A DNA stretch of 41,999 nucleotides from Eubacteriales bacterium (lineage in GTDB: Bacteria; Bacillota; Clostridia; Oscillospirales; CAG-272), in contig JAZQYT010000088.1 in assembly GCA_045633665.1 (NCBI GenBank), positions 1 through 41,999 of the forward strand, given 5' to 3'. Under the pieces are notes generated by a model, which ran no database searches, had not been told where the DNA came from, and saw only the letters and a program-made list of their open reading frames with translations. The position numbers and the translations under genes are program-made. Shown in pieces: positions 1 through 7,368 of this stretch (position 1 is the stretch's first letter; the number at the start of each line of letters is the position of its first letter).

Positions 1-287
1 TCTTCCTAAGACCGCTTGGCCTCCGACTTTTCTTGGTATGAGCCTGAACGAAGGGGGTTGTTTCCTTTGCATAAACGGGGGGATCCATTACGAAACCCAG
101 TTCTGCATCGTAGTGGTAGCCGGGCGCGGGGCAGTAGCTACCTTCGTCTTCATAGTCGCTGCCGCTTCTGGAGGTAACCCAGTCGCCTTCGAGAGCTGCG
201 GAGGTAGGAACTACCATTGCAGCTGCCAGGGACAGTACCATCAAAGCAACCAACAACACGGAAAGAAATCTTTTCATTGTGAAGATT
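1..287 (-). CDS. secreted hypothetical protein, N-terminal part only (runs off the left edge)
   Basis: It is not in the ORF track because no stop lies in the window. ATG is the rc of 285-287, with AAGGAGA (rc of 297-303) 9 nt upstream. The translation starts MKRFLSVLLVALMVLSLAAAMVVPTSAALEGDW, a typical signal peptide. It replaces the antisense + ORF 38..301. Confidence 0.55.
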
Positions 288-439
288 CTCCTTTGAAATA
301 GTATTATTTGTCGCAATTTATGCGCAGTACAATTATAGCACAAATGTCAAATTTCGTAAATAGGCACATTTACCAAAAAGGTGGATATTTTACTGGTATT
401 GTGGCACAAAAGTCTTCACGAAATTTTCACAATATAAGC

Positions 440-2536
440 TTAAAGCAGCAATTCGTAGTAATAAATCGGCAAAGCGCTCCAACCGTGGCAAAGGCTTGCG
501 GCGTGTCCGAAGTCGGAAAGGCCGATGATGGTCTCCCAGAACGTGGTCGCACCGTTGCGAAGCATATGGAGATAATCCCTGTCAATTTCGTTAAGAATGA
601 CGGGTGCATACGCTTCCCTGTTGATCTTGAGCAGCGCGTCAAAGCGGAAGGAATTCATACTCAGCGTATTGGGATATACGGTATATCCGCAGTTGTCTTT
701 GCCGTTTGTGGATAAAATGCGCAGGATATTTGTCAGATCCAGTCCATCTGCTGCACCGCAAAGCAGGCAAAGCGCGTTGGTCAGAACGCTGTACTCGCCT
801 CTGCAGCGGTTTTCAAACGACTCAAACAGCTTTGTTTCGGGATTGTAAAACTCCTTGGCAATCGCGCGGTTGACACTCTGTGAAATCGCACGGTACTCCC
901 CTGCCTCTTTTGTCTTACCCAGCGCATCGCAGATCTTGGCCATATGCTGCAGCGCCAGCGAGAAAAATGCGTTCAGAGGTGCTTCCATGCTGCGATTCTG
1001 CTCAAAGAAATGCCCGTTCATACCGGGACTCCACTCGTAGAAATTCCAATATCCGCCCTCACCGTAGAAGTTTTCGATCAGGCCGCTGTCCTGCAGCTTA
1101 CCGATAAAGGTATGGATAATGGTGTCAAGCACGGGATAGCATTCCTGTGCCAACGAAATATCGCCCGTATGGCGGATATACTCTTCCATTTGAATAAAGT
1201 ACACGGTCGAGAAGGACGGAATGGGAAAATCCTTGCCCGCGGGATAGCAAAGCGTCAGAATGCCGTCGGGGCGCAGGCCCTTGGAGATCAGCTTGAGGTT
1301 TGCGCGCGGAAATTCTTTTTCACCAAACGCATAATAGCCGCACAGCATCTGATTGCGGGAGTCCATGCAGTAAAGCGCCTGCTCTCTCCAGGGGCAATCC
1401 TCATAATGCTCGTGCATACATTGAAGCAACGTGTTGACGCAAACGTCGTAGATGGTGTTTTGCAACAGATTTCCCTTTTCGAATTTCTTTGCGGTTACGG
1501 GATACAGCGTGGGGCGCAGGCCCGCATAATGCACGGTAAACTCGGACGCATGAACAAAGAACTGGATGTATCTGCAGCCAAAGCGACGGAAGGTGTGCAG
1601 GTATTGATTTCTTCCTTTTTTTGCCTTATAATCGGCAGAAAATCCACGTACGGAGGTGCGGCAGCGTCCATCCGCCAGATGCTCACCGTAGCCAATCTCG
1701 ATCGCACAGTCGTGCGGTACTTCGATGTCAAAATCTAAAAAGCCAGCCCACTCTTGTCCGAGATCCACAACAAAGAATATGCCCTGCGACTCGTCCTCAG
1801 TCTTGAAATGCACGGGCTTGTCAAAGCCGAAAAAGCCTCTCATATCCGAGATCTGCTCGGGATAGCGGTGGCGAAGCGCGGCATGCTGCATCATCTTGTC
1901 TGGACTTGTGTGCTGTTTTTCAACGTAGTCGAAAAGTCCCTGCAGGCAAAGCTGTGCAGAGGTTCTGGGCGCAAGCTCCAGCATTTTAATCGGGCGCTGC
2001 GTAAAATCTGTGGAGATCATGGGCATCAGCACGCTCGGGGCAAATCCATCCGATACGTCCTGCTCGATAAAACCGTCGTAGGTAGTGTAATCGTAATGAT
2101 AAGTATAGCCGAGCTGTCCCGAGATCAGCTGTCTTACGTGCGAGATGTAGTCACGGGAAAGGCGCGAGAGCGTATGCACATCCGAATAGCAGATGGGTGC
2201 ATCCTGCTCACACACTTCAAAAATAACGCCGGGCTCACCGTGAATATAGGTCTGCGTGTCGTCACCGTAGTACCAGACCACGATCACCAGCCTGTTTTTG
2301 CCCGCTTTGACGAATTTGGTCACGTCAACGCGGTCGCAGACCTTGTAGGTGGGATAGTCGGCATACTGTCCAAAGGCGGCCAGTTCACCGTTGAGATAGA
2401 CGGTATAGTTGGAATCGGCAGCGATGGTCAGCGTATAGGGGGCTTCGCCCGTTGCATCAAATTCCGCAACGAAATCCGCAAATTCGTCCGAAAGGATCTC
2501 CCCTGCTTTCCATATCCATTTAGCTTTCAGAAACAT
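440..2536 (-). CDS. GH78-like alpha-L-rhamnosidase family protein (six-hairpin glycosidase)
   Basis: I placed the start at MFLKAKWIWK (ATG is the rc of 2534-2536, with a GGAGGA RBS upstream) rather than at the track start 2653. The N-terminus (AKWIW...YTLTIAADSNYTVYLNGE) and the C-terminal motifs DCPWREQALYCMDSRNQ and HGWSALPIYYY are typical of bacterial rhamnosidase-type proteins. Confidence 0.7.
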   Translation of the reverse strand: MFLKAKWIWKAGEILSDEFADFVAEFDATGEAPYTLTIAADSNYTVYLNGELAAFGQYADYPTYKVCDRVDVTKFVKAGKNRLVIVVWYYGDDTQTYIHGEPGVIFEVCEQDAPICYSDVHTLSRLSRDYISHVRQLISGQLGYTYHYDYTTYDGFIEQDVSDGFAPSVLMPMISTDFTQRPIKMLELAPRTSAQLCLQGLFDYVEKQHTSPDKMMQHAALRHRYPEQISDMRGFFGFDKPVHFKTEDESQGIFFVVDLGQEWAGFLDFDIEVPHDCAIEIGYGEHLADGRCRTSVRGFSADYKAKKGRNQYLHTFRRFGCRYIQFFVHASEFTVHYAGLRPTLYPVTAKKFEKGNLLQNTIYDVCVNTLLQCMHEHYEDCPWREQALYCMDSRNQMLCGYYAFGEKEFPRANLKLISKGLRPDGILTLCYPAGKDFPIPSFSTVYFIQMEEYIRHTGDISLAQECYPVLDTIIHTFIGKLQDSGLIENFYGEGGYWNFYEWSPGMNGHFFEQNRSMEAPLNAFFSLALQHMAKICDALGKTKEAGEYRAISQSVNRAIAKEFYNPETKLFESFENRCRGEYSVLTNALCLLCGAADGLDLTNILRILSTNGKDNCGYTVYPNTLSMNSFRFDALLKINREAYAPVILNEIDRDYLHMLRNGATTFWETIIGLSDFGHAASLCHGWSALPIYYYELLL

Positions 2537-3515
2537 GATCTTCCTCCGTTTTATAAAATTTTCCTTGGTACAAATTATTTTGATATAAAATCTTATCCAC
2601 GTCGTTGACCACCGCAGTTTTTTTGCGGCTCCAATCGGGGGCAAGCAGCGCATCGGGCGCCCCGTCCCCTGTCAGACGCGCGATCACGGTATCGGGCGGC
2701 AGCAGCGTCATGGCTTTGGCAACCACTTGCGTGTAAGCCGCCTGCGTCATGGGCTCGTACTTCCCCGCATTGTAAATATCCGCCATGACCGTATCCTTGA
2801 TCACGTGCAACAGATGCAGCTTGACCTGATCGGGATGCAAGGCAGCAACGTCGCGTACGGTCTGCAGCATGGTATCCTCGTCCTCGCCCGGTAAGCCAAA
2901 GATCAGGTGGATGCACACGTGAATATCCGCACTTGCATTTCGCAGCGCGTCATACCCCGCAACAAATGCCGCAAAATTGTGTCCGCGATTGATCAGGGCT
3001 GCGGTCTGATCGTTTGAGCTTTGCAAGCCAAGCTCAACTGTCAGATAGGTGCGCTTGGCAAGCTCGGCAAGATACGCCACCACGTCGGGCTCCAGGCAAT
3101 CGGCACGCGTGGCAATATTCAGCCCCACAACACCGGGGTATGCAAGTCCCTGCTCGTACTTTTCGCGCAGCACGTAAAGAGGCGCGTAGGAGTTTGTGTG
3201 CGCCTGGAACTACGGAATGACCTTATCCGTCTTCCATTTGCCGCTGATGAGTGCGTGAGATCTTTGCATCTGCTCCAAAATCGGCACGTCGGGCGGCGGG
3301 GCGAAATCACCGCTTCCCTTGTCCGAGCAGTAAATGCAGCCGCCATGCGCGCATTTGCCGTCAATATTGGGACAGGTAAAGCCCGCATCAATGGGCAATT
3401 TAGCCACCTTGCCGCCAAAGGTGTTTTTGAGAAAATAGTCGTAGGTATAATAGCGTTTGTTTGTGTCGCTGTAAAGATACGGGTTGGTCGAGGCCTGCGT
3501 GACCTTTTTGCTCAT
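2520..3515 (-). pseudogene. TIGR01212-family radical SAM protein (YhcC/YtqA-like) interrupted by one in-frame TAG at 3210-3212
   Basis: Track ORFs 3210..3524 and 2520..3173 are in the same frame. Hand translation across the gap gives ...KTDKVIP*FQAHTNSYAPLYVLREKYE. The radical-SAM cluster motif CPNIDGKCAHGGCIYC is present. The likely start is the ATG that is the rc of 3513-3515, after GAGGTG. The 3' end overlaps the rhamnosidase start by 17 nt. Confidence 0.75.
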
Positions 3516-3541
3516 GCATCTCACCTCACTTTCTTGCTTTT

Positions 3542-3570
3542 ATTATACAGACAAATTTCGCAGATGTCAA
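3542..3570 (-). promoter_or_regulatory. sigma-70-type promoter for the radical SAM gene
   Basis: The minus strand reads TTGACA (rc of 3565-3570), an exact 17-nt spacer, then TATAAT (rc of 3542-3547). It lies about 25 nt upstream of the RBS. Confidence 0.7.
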
Positions 3571-3584
3571 GAAAAAACGAAAAT

Positions 3585-3615
3585 CCCCCGAGCCATGATT
3601 GCATAGCTCGGGGGG
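3585..3615 (-). terminator. rho-independent terminator (bidirectional shape) closing the cassette islet
   Basis: The stem is CCCCCGAGC (3585-3593) paired with GCTCGGGGG (3606-3614). A and T runs flank it on both sides; on the minus strand it is followed by attttcgttttttc. Confidence 0.65.
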
Positions 3616-3629
3616 AAAATTATTTTTTC

Positions 3630-3734
3630 GTGTTGCGCGTAACGGGGGACAGGCCCTTGTTACACCGCAATATCGTTTTTTGTGTTGCGTTTGGGCAGCC
3701 TCGCGGCGTAACAATGCTCCGTCCCCGGTTACAT
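3630..3734. repeat. composite hairpin repeat, copy A (H2 and H3 modules only)
   Basis: gtgttgcgcgtaacgggggacaggcccttgttacaccg (3630-3667) is identical to 4559-4596. ggcgtaacaatgctccgtccccggttacat (3705-3734) matches 4633-4662 and 5603-5630. Confidence 0.85.
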
Positions 3735-3919
3735 GTCATTCCAAGCCAAATTGACCGCCATAGCGGTTAATTTGAAAAGAATTGCGCAATTGGTAGAGGA
3801 CAAATCCTCTCCTTTTGATGCCATTTTTGAAACCCTTTCTTTTTTGCTCCTGATTCCTCTTAATTCTCGCCATCTTTCTCGTATCACAGAATGATTTATA
3901 CCCTTTTTTCAGTGGTCTC

Positions 3920-3938
3920 GAACCGTCCCCTGTTACAT
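3920..3938. repeat. inverted half-copy of the H1 module (gaaccgtcccctgttacat)
   Basis: It is the exact reverse complement (19 of 19) of 4501-4519, atgtaacaggggacggttc. Confidence 0.85.
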
Positions 3939-3991
3939 TGTTTAATAAAACACACCAAACTCAACTCGATTTTAGGTTTCCAAACAATCGA

Positions 3992-4414
3992 CTATCCCCC
4001 CGCATGTGCTCCATAGCCATTCATATTTACATTTTCTACAGAGTCGTATTTATCGAAAGTTATAACCACTGCATAAAACCGAGCATCGCTTATTTCGCGA
4101 GTTTTATAATAACCCACATTGTCTCGATATACGTCAAATTCCCCATATTTTTCAACAATTTCTTGTTTGGTGTGGTCTTTGATCCACTCTTCATCGTATT
4201 TCAAATGTACATACACATTATTCGCGGTTTGTGTAACGATTTCACCAGCAGCAATAACCGGAAAAACAATCATTTCAAATACTTTTTCAGACAGTCCAAA
4301 AGGGTTGAAAACATAGACGAAAAGCAAACATCCAAATAATTGAAACAGTGCTAATAGAACAGCTAATATCCTCACCCATTTCTTCTTTTGTTTTATTTGA
4401 GAGAATGTCTCCAT
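3992..4414 (-). CDS. small membrane-anchored hypothetical protein
   Basis: A 140-aa ORF with RBS GGAAGGAGA upstream of the ATG. It has an N-terminal TM segment (WVRILAVLLALFQLFGCLLFVYVF). The sequence is AT-rich and it ends in TAG. I recognise no family. Confidence 0.6.
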   Translation of the reverse strand: METFSQIKQKKKWVRILAVLLALFQLFGCLLFVYVFNPFGLSEKVFEMIVFPVIAAGEIVTQTANNVYVHLKYDEEWIKDHTKQEIVEKYGEFDVYRDNVGYYKTREISDARFYAVVITFDKYDSVENVNMNGYGAHAGG

Positions 4415-4499
4415 TTATTCATCTCCTTCCACGTTTTCCGTTTTCAATTGTTTCAATTAAGATCAGTTTGATCTGCATATTCTCATATAGGTTCTCTAC

Positions 4500-4662
4500 C
4501 ATGTAACAGGGGACGGTTCTCTGTTACATGAATTTCCCTTATATTATAAGGGTATTACGTGTTGCGCGTAACGGGGGACAGGCCCTTGTTACACCGCTCG
4601 ATCGGTTTTTGTGTCGTGTTCGGTTGACGCGCGGCGTAACAATGCTCCGTACCCGGTTGCAT
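4500..4662. repeat. composite hairpin repeat, copy B (H1, palindrome, H2, H3)
   Basis: H1 is catgtaacag-gggacggttct-ctgttacatg (4500-4530), a perfect 10-bp stem. The palindrome CCCTTATAtTATAAGGG is at 4536-4552. H2 is 4559-4596 and H3 is 4633-4662. The last base overlaps the stop codon of the upstream ORF. Confidence 0.85.
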
Positions 4663-5408
4663 TATTCTTCCAGGCAAAGACAGCATTGATCTTCTACTTG
4701 CTTTATAAGAGCAGAAAGCTCATCGCTGCAACGCACATACGCATCTGAGGATTTCCATCGGGTATCTGTACGGATTTCAATGACGTAATCCTGATCTGCT
4801 TTACAAACGTATCCGGTCCATACCAGATTCTCGTATCCTTCCAATCGAAATTCAATATGTAAGTACTGTCGGGATGGATCATTCGGTTCTTCGTAGTATA
4901 AACGATCGGGACCGGTTTTATAGGCACGCAGTTGTTCATTGGTCAGATATTGTCTGTTTTTTGCAATCAAAGCATTAGCAACCTCTTTTGCTATTTTCTC
5001 ATCTATGGCACATAATACCTGTGTTCCGGAGTTTTCACCAACATCCAGCCAAAACTCATCATTCTCTTGATCACACACAAAGCCGGTCCTTAACGTTAAT
5101 TGTGCCGTAGAGGCGTCCAATGAATACACTCCACCTTTATCCTGATGCATTAAAACAACCGGACAATACCAGTATTCTCCGACGTAGCCTACATAGCATC
5201 TTAAAGCAATAAAATCCTTGTCGGAAATACTGGCAATACTGTAATAGTCATTCAGTTTACTGTCCCTTAAAACACGGTCTCCTTTTTCCCAGATCACATT
5301 ATAGTCAAATGCTGCATATTCTGATATTTTTCTTTTCGTCATGTAACACCCACAAAAGCAAGGCAACAAGATGCAAACAATTGCAAACATTGCTATATAC
5401 TTTTTCAT
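4662..5408 (-). CDS. hypothetical lipoprotein
   Basis: A 248-aa ORF with RBS AAAGGAGA upstream. It has a signal or lipobox-like N-terminus (MKKYIAMFAIVCILLPCFCGC). The sequence is AT-rich. I recognise no family. Confidence 0.65.
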   Translation of the reverse strand: MKKYIAMFAIVCILLPCFCGCYMTKRKISEYAAFDYNVIWEKGDRVLRDSKLNDYYSIASISDKDFIALRCYVGYVGEYWYCPVVLMHQDKGGVYSLDASTAQLTLRTGFVCDQENDEFWLDVGENSGTQVLCAIDEKIAKEVANALIAKNRQYLTNEQLRAYKTGPDRLYYEEPNDPSRQYLHIEFRLEGYENLVWTGYVCKADQDYVIEIRTDTRWKSSDAYVRCSDELSALIKQVEDQCCLCLEE

Positions 5409-5468
5409 CAGTTATCTCCTTTCAGGAAACTTATAATATCATCCACCTCATCTTTTACAATTTCATCA

Positions 5469-5630
5469 GTGTAACAGGGGACGGTTCTCTGTTACATGAT
5501 TATCCCTTATATTATAAGGGATTTACGTGTTGCGCGTAACGGATGGGACAGGCCCTTGTTACACCGTATGATCGATTTTTGTGTCGTGTACGGGCGTGTC
5601 GTGGCGTAACAATGCTCCGTCCCCGGTTAC
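5469..5630. repeat. composite hairpin repeat, copy C (H1, palindrome, H2, H3)
   Basis: It has the same module order as copy B: H1 5469-5498, palindrome 5504-5520, H2 5527-5566 (2-nt insertion, ggatggga versus ggggga) and H3 5603-5630. Confidence 0.85.
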
Positions 5631-5695
5631 GCGCGTTCCCCGAACGCCTTGGAAAAATATGACGCTTTTTGTGGAATGATTTTTGACAAGCAAGC

Positions 5696-5727
5696 GTGTA
5701 ACTGCGGGGACGGCTCCCATGTTATGT
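5696..5727. repeat. degenerate H1-like module
   Basis: gtgtaactgcggggacggctcccatgttatg keeps the GTAAC-N-GGGGACGG core and a GTTAT arm. A further fragment, tgtgtaacagg, lies at about 5811-5822. Confidence 0.5.
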
Positions 5728-5769
5728 TGCGAAGGCCGAAGGTCGTAGCATTCCCCATATCTTTTTTTC

Positions 5770-5798
5770 ATTATATCATGACAGGAGTATATTGTCAA
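5770..5798 (-). promoter_or_regulatory. consensus sigma-70-type promoter firing into repeat copy C and the cassette genes
   Basis: The minus strand reads TTGACA (rc of 5793-5798), a 17-nt spacer (atatactcctgtcatga), then TATAAT (rc of 5770-5775). Confidence 0.65.
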
Positions 5799-6000
5799 GA
5801 TTTTCATATATGTGTAACAGGTGCGTCAATCCAATTTCACACACGCATGTCTATTCCAATATGCTATTCATAATATTCTCCTCCTTTCTGTTTTTTCAGG
5901 ATTATTCCCCTATAATTTTTCCGTCATATATATAAAGAGCAAAATTTCCATTTTTTCTTCAAAAAAGCAAAAATATTTTTGTAAACTAATTATGAACAAC

Positions 6001-6030
6001 AAAGCAGACGGAATGAACCGTCTGCTTTTG
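6001..6030 (-). terminator. rho-independent terminator after the sigma/anti-sigma operon
   Basis: AAAGCAGACGG (6001-6011) pairs with CCGTCTGCTTT (6018-6028). On the minus strand it is followed by gttgtt and T-rich sequence. It starts 10 nt after the stop at 6040. Confidence 0.6.
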
Positions 6031-6039
6031 ATATTAAGA

Positions 6040-6708
6040 TTATTCCTTGGGATGAATGCTATCTATAATCTTCAATATTTCTTCTTCAGAAAGAAATGAC
6101 CTGTCGTATATATACAAGGCATATTTTCCATCTGTCCACGTGTATGATACACTGGTTTCATGTCTCACACACAATATCTTGCATCCCTTATGATTTATGA
6201 TACTGTAATCGCTATATTCCGCGTCATATTGAATACAAATATTCAAATTATATTGTGCAAAGGTTAGTGTTTCTTCATTTTCGTTCATCCACCGATAAAA
6301 TATATCACCGGAGTTATATCGCTCTCGAATTAATTCATACCCCTCGGGTATATAGCCAACTTCATAAATCTCGGTGATATCCGGTGAGACTTGATCCTCG
6401 GTAAAGTCTAAAATGATATATTTCTCAAAGACCTGTATAAACAACTCCCTGATCTTTTCTCGGTTTGCGTATACGGTCAGTGAGCCAATGGCCAAGGCGG
6501 CTGCCAACAGCAACGCTGCGATCACGACCTTGCGCGTGGAACGTTTATTGATTGATCTTACGTCAACGCCCAATATTTCGCTCATTTTTTCCATATGCGC
6601 GTCCGAGCAGCGCACCTGAGCTTTGCAAGCGGAGATCTCGCGTTCATAGCGCTCGCTGACGCCCTGTATGATGGCGCGTTTGAGTAAAGCGGCTTGATCC
6701 TGCATCAT
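6040..6708 (-). CDS. membrane-anchored putative anti-sigma factor (DUF4367-like C-terminal domain)
   Basis: A 222-aa ORF whose start overlaps the sigma gene stop (ATGA at 6705-6708). It has one TM segment (VVIAALLLAAALAIGSLTVYA) after a roughly 60-aa cytoplasmic part. The extracytoplasmic domain resembles DUF4367 partners of Firmicutes sigma factors. Confidence 0.6.
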   Translation of the reverse strand: MMQDQAALLKRAIIQGVSERYEREISACKAQVRCSDAHMEKMSEILGVDVRSINKRSTRKVVIAALLLAAALAIGSLTVYANREKIRELFIQVFEKYIILDFTEDQVSPDITEIYEVGYIPEGYELIRERYNSGDIFYRWMNENEETLTFAQYNLNICIQYDAEYSDYSIINHKGCKILCVRHETSVSYTWTDGKYALYIYDRSFLSEEEILKIIDSIHPKE

Positions 6709-7262
6709 GATTCCTCCTTTGCCAATATTTCGATCAGCTTTTGCTTGCCGCGGCGCAGGCGCGTATATACCGTGCCGACGGGCAGCCCCATAAGCTTGGC
6801 AGCTTGATCAGCCGTCAGTCCCTCTGCATAGCACAAAAGCAACACCGTGCTGTATTTCGGATCCATATCACGTATGGCTGCCACGACCTCTGCATACCGT
6901 TCGCGGATATGGATTCTCTCAGCAAAATCCTGCATGCTTTCCATATCTGGATAGTCCATATCCTGCTGGCCGGGCAGCTCTTTTTCGGATAGTATCTTGC
7001 TGATCTCGTTATGTAAAATGGCAAAAACGTACGCCTTGACTTCCCTTTCCGATTTTCCAAAGGGTACGGCATGCGCATAACGTACGATGCAAAGAAACGT
7101 GCTTTGCACGGCATCCTCGGCATCCAGCCCGGGATTGTTTCGCTCGGCTGCAGAAAACGCCTTTATTGCCATTCGCAGCATTTTTTGATGATAGCGCTTG
7201 AATAATTGCTCAATCTGCGGGCGATACTGTTCGTCCGCAATCGTCATCAAAAACGTAAGCAT
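6705..7262 (-). CDS. RNA polymerase sigma factor, sigma-70 family (ECF-like, regions 2 and 4)
   Basis: A 185-aa ORF. The region-4 HTH reads LLLCYAEGLTADQAAKLMGLPVGTVYTRLRRGKQKL. RBS AAGGAGGGA lies upstream. Confidence 0.8.
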   Translation of the reverse strand: MLTFLMTIADEQYRPQIEQLFKRYHQKMLRMAIKAFSAAERNNPGLDAEDAVQSTFLCIVRYAHAVPFGKSEREVKAYVFAILHNEISKILSEKELPGQQDMDYPDMESMQDFAERIHIRERYAEVVAAIRDMDPKYSTVLLLCYAEGLTADQAAKLMGLPVGTVYTRLRRGKQKLIEILAKEES

Positions 7263-7292
7263 GCAATCCCTCCTTTTTCAATCGTTTACCTT

Positions 7293-7321
7293 ATTTTATC
7301 ACGCTATGCAACGTATGTCAA
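7293..7321 (-). promoter_or_regulatory. sigma-70-type promoter of the sigma/DUF4367 operon
   Basis: The minus strand reads TTGACA (rc of 7316-7321), a 17-nt spacer, then TAAAAT (rc of 7293-7298). Confidence 0.55.
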
Positions 7322-7323
7322 GT

Positions 7324-7353
7324 AAAAAAGCGCGGCCGTAAACACAGCCGCAC
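7324..7353 (-). terminator. rho-independent terminator after the aminotransferase gene
   Basis: The minus strand reads gtgcggc-tgtgtttacg-gccgcgc (a 7-bp stem with one GU pair) followed by TTTTTT. Confidence 0.55.
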
Positions 7354-7368
7354 TTTGATGCGATTCTT

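Noticed and set aside
38-301. The + strand ORF of 87 aa at the left edge.
   Set aside because: The opposite strand carries an ATG with an AAGGAGA RBS and a textbook signal peptide running off the window. The + ORF is its antisense shadow.
3210-3212. The in-frame TAG as evidence for pyrrolysine or a reassigned amber codon.
   Set aside because: No pyl genes and no Pyl-utilising methyltransferases are in the window. TAG appears to act as a genuine stop for ORF 3992..4414. The interrupted position aligns with a conserved Tyr, which fits a simple TAY-to-TAG substitution.
3736-3873. A 45-codon basic ORF on the minus strand (MARIKRNQEQKRKGFKNGIKRRGFVLYQLRNSFQINRYGGQFGLE) whose stop lies 1 nt from repeat copy A.
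   Set aside because: It has only a weak GAGAAAG RBS-like sequence, it is short, and I recognise no family. It is interesting because its stop abuts the repeat just as the 4662..5408 ORF does, but that is not enough support to call it a gene.
3630-5630. Reading the repeat-spacer-repeat layout as a CRISPR array.
   Set aside because: The repeats are 105-163 bp composite hairpin elements separated by 0.7-0.9 kb protein-coding genes, not 25-40 bp repeats with 30-40 bp spacers. No cas genes are present.
5559-5807. The 82-aa minus-strand ORF and the overlapping + ORFs 5649..5873 and 5309..5539 in the repeat region.
   Set aside because: They read straight through the hairpin repeat modules and the consensus promoter, they have no RBS, and their sequence is dictated by the repeat. 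They are most likely non-coding.
5851-5871. A strong RBS (AAAGGAGGAG) followed by a 6-codon ORF (MNSILE*).
   Set aside because: It is too short to call. It is probably the stump of a lost gene or a leader peptide. It is mentioned only under the leader finding.
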